Shown here piece by piece: positions 52,369 to 64,000 of a DNA stretch of 64,000 bases (within the stretch, counting starts at the first letter, position 1; every line of letters begins with the position of its first letter). Below the pieces are notes generated by a model that was not told where the DNA came from, searched no databases, and was given only the letters and a program-made list of their open reading frames with translations. The stretch spans positions 5,577,186 to 5,641,185 of the forward strand of contig CM082589.2 in NCBI GenBank assembly GCA_040954595.2, written 5' to 3'. Position numbers and translations under genes: made by a program. This DNA is from Balanoglossus misakiensis. Lineage: Eukaryota > Animalia > Hemichordata.

Positions 52369-54903
52369 GGCCGAACCATAAATAGCCCACCCGACATACA
52401 GGTGCGCTTACAACTCCTTCTAAGTGACCTCTACACAAAGGCCAGCACCATCCAGGTGCTAGCTGTTGCTAGGTGTCAAAAGTATGTCCGCAGCACACCT
52501 GTGTCTGTCTTTTCAGGCGAAGTTACAACAGCCCCCCCCCCCCTCTCTCTCTATAACAACTGCCTCAGTGACACCCAAGCGAAACTGCGACACAACAGAG
52601 CGTAATAAAAGTTGCCAGTCTTTGCTGCATTAGTCGAGGGTCTCGTCTGGAACGCCCTCACTGCAAAAACGAGTCCAGTTGTTGGGATAGGAAGCGTTCT
52701 ATGGGTGAAGTTCTCGGCTCAGACGCAGCAAAATACCAGCAAATGTTTTTTTCCTTCTTCAGATGCCCCGTCATGTCCTGTCACGGAAACTCGAGACAGA
52801 CTGTTTTTCTCGAGTACCCATGGTTTCCACGAGAGGACAATTTCCTCGACTCGGGGATCCCTTATTTCAGTCGCTATTTGCTTCGACCGTAAAAGCTGGA
52901 ATACTCCGAGATTCGAGCCACATTCCGATAGTGCAGCGCGCTGACATGTGGACCAGCGTTTTGCTTTGGGTCCAAAATATCAATCAGAGTGCGACATAAG
53001 TTACGTAGGCGACACCAGTGTCACGAATTTGTAAGAAGAATAACAAGTTTTCGATCATTTGTATCACTCTCTCTTCCCCTCTAGTTCCCATCTGCATATC
53101 ACCCATTCCACATAGAAAGTTTAATTCGCGCACATTAATACATATGGCATACACACAAATCACGCATGGTTTGATGCGCCGATTGAAACTCAGCGGACTG
53201 GAAATATGTCTGACCATGGTCTGACGTGCAACACTGTTAACTGTCCTGGCGTTGACTCGTGCAGAAAGCGATAACAGACCACTCAAATTCACCACGATTA
53301 GTCTTGGCTTTATTGCCTGTTATCGGTTTTCTTGTTGGCTCTGTGACAATCGATGGCACAGAATGGTTGATGGGGAAGGGGGTTGCGAGGAATTCGCTTA
53401 GTTTTGACCATGGACGTAATTTTACGTCCATGTTTTGACTAACCCGAAAAAATTCAATCAAGCGCTCCAAGAAAATTGAGTCATGCTAACTTCATCTTTT
53501 AGAATTCTGAAATCGTTTATATGCGGGAAAAACAACTTGCTTTTACGTTGACATAGACAACAAGCTAACAAACAAAACACACACAAACAACACAAACATG
53601 TTCAGAAGGTCACTTTCTGGACTCTGGACGCTCAATGAGCGTGTTTTCACTTCGAGCAAACTAACACAAGAAATGACTACTGCATGATTTGATGGTCACA
53701 CTAAGGAAAGGGCTCTCAATCAGATTTCTAGTAATCTTCATGGTGAAAATCTCCAATCCCTCCTGGGAAAATCAGAGCCTACTGAGCATGCGTCGATTGT
53801 CAAACGTTCATGGTATTAAAGATACAATGCCTTGATCTCGGCCACTCACTGAGTGACCATGAGAAACTGGTCACAATACATAAGGTTGTCCATTCAATGC
53901 GTAGATACAAAACTGCCATTTTTATTTTGCAAAACGGACAGTCGTCCTGGTGAGGAAAGGTCGTTCTGCTCTAAACGACCCGGCCTTGGTTGGCTCATTC
54001 ACGCAAGTGTCAAGATGACCTCACCTGCTAAAAATGCAGTGGGTGACAGATGTTATAGCAAAGGAAGAGAATTGAAAACAGCCTGAGAATGACACCACAG
54101 GAGGAAATGCGGATTAACCCCGTTGCTCGACATCCAAGAGTGACGTCATAATTTATGGTGGAGTTCCTTCTGCAAATTTCAAAATGGAATTGGTCAGACT
54201 GTGTTTTTGGTTTAGACACACCTGACAGCAAGAAATGACACTAATAGGGTAACTACAGGTTGCTCAAAACTGGCCTTTTGGCATTCAAACACATCACCAT
54301 CTTTAGAGAGAGAGAAAAAAATCACAAGTATATTCTGGTTTTGCGTACAACTATCTAAGTTGTTGTTCCGCTGCTATTTCGCCCTTCGTATCTTCGTCGA
54401 CCCTGCACAAAGGTCAAAGGTTGGCGAATTTACAGTAAATGGTGATGTCCGAGTCGCCACCTTTAGAAAAAAAGCGATCCATCATCATGCATCTGTGACC
54501 AAGGCGAGGGACGTCGCTATTGGTTGGGAATTCCAGTCGGAAGTGTTCACCATAACATTATATACCAGCGTTTTCCTGATTATAGTATGGCCGAACCCCT
54601 TTTAAAAAAATCTACTAAAGCGATCATTTTCACCTTTTATTGCCATGGTATTTGCAGATACTTCCTCGAATCAACATAAGTATTGACCACCTGTTACGTT
54701 TGGTTGCACGTGAAAGTTAACCAAATCGACATTCATTCGGGTTTAGTAGCGGTATACGCATTGCAATACGTAGGATTCGAAATCAAAACATTTTATCAGG
54801 TTGGATACGACTTGCACAGAATACATTTTTAAATGGTTATTTGGGATGTCATGGACGCATACCCCAAAACTCAAGAACTTGCTACTAATCATTTTTGTCA
54901 GGC

Positions 54904-55014
54904 AATGAATGAATGAATGAATGAATGAATGAATGAATGAATGAATGAATGAATGAATGAATGAATGAATGAATGAATGAATGAATGAATGAATGAATGA
55001 ATGAATGAATGAAT
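54904..55014. repeat. (AATG)n microsatellite
   Basis: Directly visible. Confidence 0.98.
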
Positions 55015-55190
55015 TGTGTCCATAGCAACGTCTGCATTAATACTGCTATAGCAACGACAGAATTCATCTATTTTCTAACACTAAAAACTCGTTTTTTGAC
55101 GATTAACAAAAGTTGTCTGACGTCACATAATATTCCTGACAACCTCGGCTTTGTAAAAGTTTGAATGCCCTCAAAAGAAAAGTTGTATTT

Positions 55191-55191
55191 C

Positions 55192-55229
<38 letters not shown>

Positions 55230-55248
55230 CTACAACTACAACAACAAC
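55191..55248. repeat. (CAA)n microsatellite
   Basis: Directly visible, with two CTA interruptions. Confidence 0.96.
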
Positions 55249-56732
55249 GCAGGAAAAGTGTGTGCCTTGTGATGATAGCATTACAGACAGTGGTCTCGAC
55301 TAGGGGCAGTTCGAGCCTATATTTTTATTTAAGTGAGAATTTTTTATAAAAACTGATGGGGTGATTATTCATAATTACAGACAGATCTTTTTGTTGTACT
55401 GTATTGGGAACTTGGAGGTAAGATACGAGGCGGGTTAAGTGCGAGTTGACGCTGGAACGTGTCAAAAATCATATCGTTGAAATGTAAGTACACGGGCGCG
55501 ACCTCTGCCAGATAAATCGTTCCGTTGTTACGCATGATGTGCGCGATTATAGAGTGAAACTTGGACCCTTCTTGATGCTTTAACTTTGAAGTTTCTAGAA
55601 GTTGAAGTGACAAATACATACGATTGATATTGCATGATTTTTAGAATGGCAGATCTCGTCCGTTGGCGCCAGTTTCAAAAAAATATTATCGTCCGGTCTA
55701 GTTGGTAGTATTCACAAACTGACCAGGCTTTTAAGAAACGGTAGAGTAAATAAGCAAGTATTCAAATCGTAACAGCGTCGCTCGCCAGGTATGACGTATA
55801 AAGCGAGGATTGGTCAATTCCTGATAGGGATCTTTCTGCCACGTGCCGAAAGAATATATTTTAATCAAATTATCGGGAGGAACAAAAGAGTACCTGCCAG
55901 TAAGCCCTGCTTTTATTTGCATATGAATGGTTAGGCCACGCGCTGCACTTCAGACGAACACTCAGCCACGCGACCTCAAGGGGTGTACAACTTGCAGAAG
56001 AACTGAGACAACACAGCGTGGTCCGGATTCGCCGCCAATTTTCATCATTTCCGGCGCAACATGCGGTGTGCATCGCGAGGGGAGAGGGTTCCCCGATGCT
56101 CGATCGGCGATCCCGAGTCTGCAGAAAGTTACGCGCTGGACGGAAAGTTGGGAAAAAAGTTCGGGATCCGGAAGGGAAGTTCGGGCCGAGCAGATGGGGG
56201 CAAAGCCCGAGCATATGTCCGCTTCTCTTTGTTCGCTCGCCAACCTACTTTGAAGAGGTAGGCCTATACATGGCAGCGTCTCAGCTGTTTCTCTGTGGGG
56301 ATACACAAAGAACGAATGGTTCTGAGTATGGTTTCTCCTGCTGTCGATTTTCGCACGAAAGATCGTGGGAATCGAAAGGAATCGATGCGTACACGGGATA
56401 TCCGCAGCGTCTGACTAGTCCAACAGAAGAGACGCGCAGATTGAGCATGACCAAACTTAATCCAGTTATCGAAAAAAAATCTAACGGTAAGAAAACCCAC
56501 CATATCGAAAATCCATCCGAGACAACTTTATTTGCTGACACCAAATTACTTTGAGAATTTCTGCACAGTATTTGCACTGAGGAAATAAGATGTATATTTA
56601 AACCCCAGAGACAAAAGATTCACTGTTGACTTAAATGCTTTAAGTTATGCAAACAAGACTTTGTATTGTTTTGTGTCATTGAATGAAAGTACGCGTTGTC
56701 GGCTTTAAAACTTCGAGCAATACATACATTAT

Positions 56733-56906
56733 CATACATAGATACATACATAGATACATACATAGATACATAGATACATAGATACATAGATACATACATA
56801 CATACATACATACATACATACATACATACATACATACATACATACATACATACATACATACATACATACATACATACATACATACATACATACATACATA
56901 CATACA
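56733..56906. repeat. (CATA)n/(GATA) microsatellite
   Basis: Directly visible. Confidence 0.98.
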
Positions 56907-59261
56907 CAAATATGTCATCTCTACTTTGAGAACTTGCACCGTCAACATCGACTGACTTCGACAGCCATCATAACTTCATATACAAGTTTTGAAAAAAGTT
57001 GTAATATAGTCATTTAACAATATTACTAGCCCTTGGAAGTTTGATAACTGCAAAACATAGTATGTTGACATATTAGACTGGAAAAAGATCCCATTTGCAT
57101 CAGGTAAACTTTACTTTCTCTGTAAAGTGACGTTTCTTTCACTTCGGGTGACGCTTTTCTCATAATGACGTCGAGGTGAAAGGTCACCGATCTAGATGGA
57201 CACAAGCGCCCACCACATCGATTGTTTTTAGCATTTGGCGGGAAATTCCTGGAAGGGACGCGAAAACCTTTTCACTAAACTTGAACAGAGAGGAAAAAAG
57301 AAACACCCCTTTCCGAATCATTTGCATCCCAGACCTCATAAATAACAGAGAGGGGGAGGGGCGTAGACAATTGGTACCGCGGACTTCCCATAGCGGGCAA
57401 GGGTACCTAGTGCCAGCAAAGGGAAGTAAACTCGATTGAAAAGGAAAAATTTCCGGTGTCTACAATGCTAAATTCAAAGTTTCCTTAAGAATGTCTTTTC
57501 CCGGTGTTAATCCTCCACAATCCGATTATTTTGAATTTAACATCCTTGGCATCAATTGAAATGGTAAAGAGCAGGGAGACCAAAGCACCTGGTATATATT
57601 AAACAAAAAACGTTGACAAATTTGCTTGCATCGTGCTTGGCAGCCTCGATAATCAGAGAGAATTCTTCAAGATTTATACACTTCTGTTCCAAGCCACGCT
57701 TCCGTTACCCATATTCGCGCATCCCGTTGTCTCCTCGGAATGGAGATTACAGAGTCGAACATTTTTTCCAACTCGCGAAAATTCGCATTTTTTTCTGGCT
57801 TTCTTTCGTTTTTTATTTTCCATGGGGGGGTTGTGGTCGCATGAGAAATGGCAAAGTAATGTACATGCATTATTGTGGGAATTTTACAATCTGTCTCCCA
57901 TTGTTTCCTTTTTAAGTTACAACCGCTTCACACACTAGCTGACTGGGGACTCATCTTGTCAAAATGCGCGAAAACGAGTATCCGAGTCGATATTGACGTT
58001 TGACCGAAGTTAATGTTTTACGCCATCAACAGTTTGCATACCAACGCTATTGATATATCGGTCTCCAGGCGCGGACAGGTCATTATCTGATCGTGGGTTC
58101 GCATGACAACGTGGGTCGGCCATTTTGGAAAAATAATGTTCCGACTTGGTTAAACGGGTGGGAGTTCGGTAATGTTTGGTGGTTTTCGTCAAACAGGTTG
58201 AAAATTTCCCCATTTTGTGAGTTTTTGATAAACTCCCCTGAAATACTCGTTTTGGACCTCTGCCACACATAATCAGAATCAACAAGTGGGTGGCAGTGCG
58301 TACGTCCTCAAGTGGTTGGCCTAATCACTACCAACGCTGATTATACCATACCTACGTGGGAGTTTCTTGACTTGTTGAGAAACCCTCTCTCTAAACCGCC
58401 AAATTTTAATCTGGATATCTTGTGCTTAAGACCCCTTCTGGAGCTTGGGTCCGATCCGTGTCTGGACTCGAGAAACAGATAAAGTAACGCTGCCATTTTT
58501 AGAAAGACAAGCACTGCCACGAAATGTTATGGATTTTTATTCTATCGCTTTCCCCCCTCTACATGATTAAATTTTGTCTTGATGTACACTGTGTTGATTT
58601 ATCTTAAGGATAGTCAGTTTAATAGAATCCTGGCGATATACCAAACACCAGAATTGCATTGAAAAAGGACGGGGAAAAATTCATTCAGAAATGTCCGCCA
58701 TCTTGATTTATGATGTGCAAAGTTACGAGTAGTTTCTGTGACTTTTAAGAGCCGGTTATCTAACCAAGTATACATATGACGAGTACTTAAAATCTATGAA
58801 AATAGTCACACAGGAATTTAAATGAGTACATGTTTCGGACTTGTGTGTTTTGAACGAGTTCTCCCCAAGGCCATTTCCTCGGGTTTTTATTCACTACACT
58901 GCGTCCAGGTGTGCTGGTTCATTGTCCATTTCATCGAACCAACAAAGCCTTTGCAATTTTATTAGTTGATATAAAAAAACTTCCCCGTCCCAACGGGATC
59001 AGCGAGGCATATCATCACTGTTCACGGCTTTCACCGCATAAACCCACGACAACTGTTACCCCAGACCTGTTTTGATTTAGACCTGTCTCCCTTTTGAATG
59101 ATAGAAGGGGGGTTTATTTGGAACTTAGCCGTCAAGATATCAGAATTCTCGTCAGCGCCAGGGGATTTAGAAAGCAAACATGATAACATAATGGTAAACG
59201 CAATGCTCAAATACAAAGTTTTCACACAGGCATTGTTACTGGTGTGTAGGAATTTCCTACT

Positions 59262-59276
59262 CGACAATCTGGCGCC
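59262..59276 (-). promoter_or_regulatory. Candidate Smad1/5-Smad4 composite site
   Basis: Minus strand GGCGCC-AGATT-GTCG fits GGCGCC(N5)GNCV. Lies 1.6 kb upstream of the Id ATG. Confidence 0.5.
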
Positions 59277-60112
59277 AGGATTTCGTGACGCGTCGCAGTT
59301 TTAGCGGGGGGGGGGGGGGGGGGGTGTTGGTATATTTCGGCCGATATACCTGAAATGTGGGTTTCGAAAAAACTCCGTGGGTTGAAAAGTGGGTGGGTTC
59401 TGAACACATTTTGTATTGTACATAAAAACCATACGTGTGAATAATTATAGCTTGTGTATCGGTATGTTGTTATTTGTGGATATCTTTTATTTTTTCCGGC
59501 CCAGCGTTTTTCTTCTTCTTTTGAAGTACGCTGATTTTCTGTTTCAAAGGGAAGGCTATCTTTTCGTGCAACTGCTTGGCAATCAAAATCGTGGGAATGC
59601 ACAAAATCTCAGCAAATAACTATGGAAATTCTGTGGGAACCGTGTGCGAATTGCCCAGCTGTAGTTTTTCATTGAAAAAAATGACGGTCAATAAAGAGGT
59701 GTATCGTAGCCCCTCCTACTTCCAAAGCCTCCCCACAAAGCTTTTCTGAAAGTAATTGTACAAAAACTTGGATCTTTTATCAGAGTAAATCCTTTGGCTC
59801 GGCGAACATAACCAGGGCCACGATTTTCCATTTGATATGTGTTCCAGTGTCGTGAAACAACTAACAGATCTTTTTTCGAACTTTTTTTCAGGTTTTGTTG
59901 GGGCAAGAAGACATCAAAGTTTTAAAAAACTTTACAGTCTTGCACGGTAATTAGCGCCGAAGGATATATGCAAATTTGCAGGTGTGCTAGTGTGAAGTGA
60001 CAACAGTTCGAAGGTGGCGAATTAAAAAGCTATTTATCACAACGAAATAGGCCTCAAGTAATTGGAAGAACCGCGGTTCCCTTGTGCTAAGTTTTGATTG
60101 GCGTGCGCGTGT

Positions 60113-60200
60113 CCATAGCGACCGCCATCGTGTCGCCAGTCTGACAGCATTCATGGACGGGATGAATGGATGACGTCACAGCACTGGCGCCAGCGAGCCG
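60113..60200 (+). promoter_or_regulatory. Conserved Id BMP/TGF-beta-responsive enhancer (Bicore1-like)
   Basis: CCATAGCGACCGCC..GTCGCCAGTCTGACAG..ATGAATGGATGACGTCACAGCACTGGCGCCAGCGAGCCG. Contains SBE GTCT (60139-60142), full CRE TGACGTCA (60171-60178) and GGCGCC-N5-GCCG (60186-60200). Block order matches the vertebrate Id1 BMP-response region as I recall it. Confidence 0.85.
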
Positions 60201-60310
60201 GCGGCAGCTGTTGTTGATTGTAGCTTGTTTTCGCCAATTAATCACTTGTCAAATCTGATTCGGTATGTCATGCGAAAAATACACAACGGACGCTCCTCAC
60301 AGCTGTGCTG

Positions 60311-60321
60311 GGCGCGGGAAA
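60311..60321 (-). promoter_or_regulatory. E2F-type motif in the Id proximal region
   Basis: Minus strand TTTCCCGCGCC. Octamer ATGCAAAT (59968-59975) and several ATTGG/CCAAT boxes are nearby. Confidence 0.3.
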
Positions 60322-60850
60322 TCACATCTGTGCGGCCAGAAAGTCGAAGAAAGTCGAAGAAAATTAAGCGGTGCCGTAGTTCCCCCCGTCTGTGTTGGGA
60401 AACAACGGCCGATCAGGAAGTAAACAAAGGGGGATCCCACGTCCGACGCACAATAGGCCGGCCCACACCACGTTAAATGGGGATATCATATGTTTTCGTA
60501 GACAGCCCCCTGGGCATTGTTGATTGACAGCCCAGTGAAGTATACTGCCTTGTGATTGGCTATCTAAGTGTAATCAATGTCACTCACACAATCAAACCGC
60601 TCGTCGTGTTTATGTGTAATTAATCATATGCGAGGTTCCATTGGTTGATCCGCGATCATACTGTATTTAGACGTGTTGTGTATACACACGGGCAGATAGC
60701 CACAGTCTGAGCCAGCTCCCACTATCAGTCTAGCTGCAACGACTCAGCGGTGAACGTGCTACGGATACGGCTCCGCAGAGAATCGACTTGCCTATCGGAG
60801 AGAAGCGATTTTGTTTGAACCCCCCTCACACACACATAACTCTGACAACG

Positions 60851-61270
60851 ATGAAGGAAACTAAGGAAAGCCGGTCGTCAAAGCTGCAGAACTCGACGCT
60901 AGCTCTACGACACGTGTCGAAGGACAGTCACGCTATCTCGACGTGCAAAGGAAATAGTGCCGTCGCCGCGGCCGCACTCGCCGCCGTCGGCCCAATGTCG
61001 TCCTATCTGGATGGAATTCTTACGTACAGCATGCAGGACTGTTACTCCAAACTCAAGGACCTAGTGCCGTCGATACCACCGAACGAAAAAGTTAGCAAAG
61101 TCGAACTCTTACAACATGTCATTGATTACATACAGGACTTGCAAAACGCATTGGAATCGCACCCGGCACTGAGGAACTCGCCTCCCCCGCCCCTCATGGA
61201 CAGACTGAACACCAGCAGAACACCGCTCGGGACGATACCCCCAGAAAACACTGCCGTCATATCAGAACAG
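60851..61270 (+). CDS. Id: Inhibitor of DNA binding (Id/extramacrochaetae) HLH protein, coding exon 1
   Basis: HLH without a basic region: [40 protein letters not shown], plus a C-terminal SRTPL motif typical of Id proteins. Phase-0 donor CAG|GTCAGT. Confidence 0.96.
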
Positions 61271-62506
61271 GTCAGTAGATCCCGAGACTGTTATTAAATT
61301 TCTGAGATTGTGTGTGGCCATGTCAGTATGCGACCGATTTGACCTGTGGCCATGTATGTCTTTTATATCGGTATGTGATCAGACGGGATCGAAATAGCCG
61401 TACTCTTGATTATCTTAGCGTATCGACCCGACGAATGAACTCTGAGACACAGATTGCATCGCCTGTGTGATTTCTTTAGAAGACAGTAATCGTGTTTGAA
61501 AATCAATATCTACCAGTTGATTTTTTTTATCGAAAACATATGTGCCATAAATAAATGCGTTTAATTTATGAATGCCGTGGATTGCGGTTCAACAGCTGGT
61601 ATATAACCGGCATAAAACACAACTAGCCCGCGTATGTCGACTTGCCTGCCCGCTTATGTTAAAATCAATGTACATGCCATATGTTACAACGCCCAAGCCA
61701 TAAGCTCCTTTTAGAGAGAAGGAAAAAATCGTATCATATGGTTCGTTATGAATAGGTGTCAGTTGGCATTCACGGGTTCTTAATGCGTCGTTTGCGATTT
61801 TTTGACAATAATATTTGTCTCTTTTCTCACCCCGTTGTAGGTCAGTCATTTAGAGAAAACCACAAACAGCGCTAACTGGGAAGACAGCTGCTCGCCTGTG
61901 AGTTGCTAGTCCTGGGAACGAGAGTGAGCGACGACTCACACCATAAACTAAGGTATGGGATTCCTTGTGTTACACTTCTCACCCTCGTTTTCGCGTGTTT
62001 TAAATGATTTTGAATGCGCTGATCTCAGATCGGGGTTTTGAAATGAAAGCCAAGCGACGCAGCTGCCGAAAATAAAACAAATTCCCAACATCTAGGCGTG
62101 GAGAACTAATTGATCTCATTCCGCCTGAGAATTTTTATTCCCCGGGTTCGGTGCATGCATGCCGAAAGTCCCCGACGTAAGAAACACCAGGAAAATGTAG
62201 AAATGAACACAGTTTTGTGTTGTACTGGAAAATGTTTTACTTTTATTTTCAATTGAGGATCACTTTGCTACTTTGTAGCCAATTCGACTAAAGTGTTTGT
62301 TTTGCAAAGCGTGTGGTATGGCCATCAGTTGTCGATGATGGTTCATATGGCGTCGGCCACACATGCGTGATCGTCGACTAACTGCACATAGCCATAACAG
62401 AGACGCAATTAGAGCGAAAATATTCATCTGGCCTGACTTCGACATTCTTACGTAGACACAAACAGATTTATTAAATTCGTTTTATCTTTTATTTTCTTCT
62501 CAACAG

Positions 62507-62539
62507 GAGCCTTTTCAGCAAAACACCGCTGGCGGATAG
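62507..62539 (+). CDS. Id: Id coding exon 2 (EPFQQNTAGG*)
   Basis: Long polypyrimidine acceptor ttttattttcttctcaacag|, phase 0. A short terminal coding exon, as in vertebrate Id genes. Protein is 150 aa. Confidence 0.72.
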   Translation, partial: EPFQQNTAGG

Positions 62540-64000
62540 ACTAACTATTTATGAAAAATAGAAGGGATTCATCGAATGTTTTGCGCTGTGAGTGAGACAA
62601 CGTCCACCCATTGACAAAATTGACGGACCGATGCAACTTTCTGCCGGCGACCATGACTGATCCATGAATATGGTGCCAAAATTGACTGGGAAAATGCCTT
62701 TCACGTGATGGATCATTTCGTGTGCATTTCACTCATGCTTGATGCTTGGAGAAGTCAACTGAACTCTACTATGAATGCAGTATCGTGAACTACATTTTGA
62801 TACAGACTCTTGCATTTTTAGCCGTGCTCCAACTCTAAAATCTCGTCTTGCACTGTGACCAAGACCCAACTCATAAACGAAAGAAAATGCGAACTTTTTG
62901 TAAGATACAATTTTATTGAATTTGTCGTTTTCTGTGACTTTGTGCCTCTTGTTGTTGTACATGTGTTTCCTGTTTGTTCACAATTTTCATTTATTATCAT
63001 ATCGAAATCTCCTTTCTCAAGTTCATTTGTTTTGACTTCATGGAGATGGTGGGGATTTCAGCAGTCGACCTCAGATTTCCATGATTTCAGCCAAACGCAG
63101 GTCGTAACCCACACACCTTTCTCCATGGCGAAATTTCACGATTGAACAGGAAGTTGCCCATGTCGCTATGACCACTTCAAATTCGGCCATCTTGATTTTG
63201 TCGTGCGCTACAAGTGAACAGGACAAATCTTTTATTTTCGTTTGAGAAAGTGAATGATATCAACAGTCTCTATACTTTGGGGACAGCAGACATTTTCAAC
63301 ACAAATGTTTTCTGATCATATGAGAACAGTTGTACACCAGTTTCTGTGTATGGTATTTTCTTTCAATGATTATATATAAATAAAATTTAAAAGGAATAAC
63401 AGAAGCAAACTTATCTGATAACATTTAATTCTTTTAAATGGTGTCTCCAATAAGACTGGTTGGCTTGTATGTGAAACAAAATCCACGATCTGATTTCACC
63501 TGGCATGGTGTTAAAGAGCCCCTCCAATGATTGTAAGTTATGTTGGCAAGTTGTCAATTAACTCAGTATGCCTCATATATAAATTTCAATATGGTTTTTG
63601 ATGACAACAGATTGATTGATCAAACAAAGATACGGTATATATATATTGCGGACACGGCTTGTTATTGTAAAGGCACTCGAACCGATGTGAACGGGAGTCT
63701 TTGCAATTTCATTCATGCACATCTGTCACATTTTCTCTGTCGGCCAGCTCGACCATTTCCAACCCTGCATACTTTAGTTTCTCGGCAATGCGAAGAATTC
63801 GTTAAGTTTTAAGTTCTCGTTAAAATATGATCATTTCCAACTGTGCTAGTTTCGAGATCTGGACAAAACTAGAGGCGTGGTGTTTCGAAAAAATACGAGT
63901 GCGTGTTTGTCGCCAACCTCGAAATTCGCTCGTGTTTCAAACCTATCAAATTGTCGGGATAAATGCGTTCAAAACTCTTGAAATTGGAAAAAAGGCATGT

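Noticed and set aside
55161-55349. Poly-Gln ORF
   Set aside because: A (CAA)n microsatellite with no exon structure.
55665-55670. Isolated GGCGCC sites (also at 44034 and 44719)
   Set aside because: They lack a GNCV half-site at 5-bp spacing on either strand.
55870-56577. Cluster of overlapping 100-178 aa ORFs
   Set aside because: No domain similarity or convincing splice sites. Explained by locally higher GC.
1-64000. CRISPR arrays, operons, rRNA/tRNA genes, autonomous transposase or reverse-transcriptase ORFs
   Set aside because: None seen. The sequence is spliceosomal-intron-containing animal DNA, and its repeats are simple or TIR-type.

Overview
Eukaryotic (animal) genomic DNA, most likely an invertebrate deuterostome (inference from the vertebrate-like Id protein and its upstream enhancer). 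I assembled three intron-containing genes by hand from GT-AG junctions with consistent phases. (1) A + strand FAXC/failed-axon-connections (metaxin/GST-fold) gene, CDS 19053-34445, with 5 firm exons, a candidate 36-nt micro-exon and a long acidic C-terminal tail. (2) A compact - strand protein kinase gene, about 40595/40214-37569, with atypical motifs (Gly loop YKGEFTSV, catalytic loop HNDLNPDN, intact LAVK/DFG/APE) and an unresolved 5' end. (3) A + strand Id/extramacrochaetae HLH gene, CDS 60851-62539. About 0.65-0.74 kb upstream of the Id ATG is an element closely matching my recollection of the bilaterian-conserved Id1 BMP/Smad-ATF enhancer (Bicore1). It lies at the end of a ~20 kb non-coding, CpG-rich interval with further GGCGCC-N5-GNCV, CRE and CSL motifs. 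Positions 1-17.9 kb are CpG-depleted, with no coding exon I could identify, and may be intron of a divergent gene starting near 18.6-18.9 kb. There are several tiny TIR elements (piggyBac-like, Kolobok-like, a 22-bp insertion with a 7-bp TSD) and microsatellites. No prokaryotic systems, CRISPR arrays, rRNA or tRNA genes were seen.
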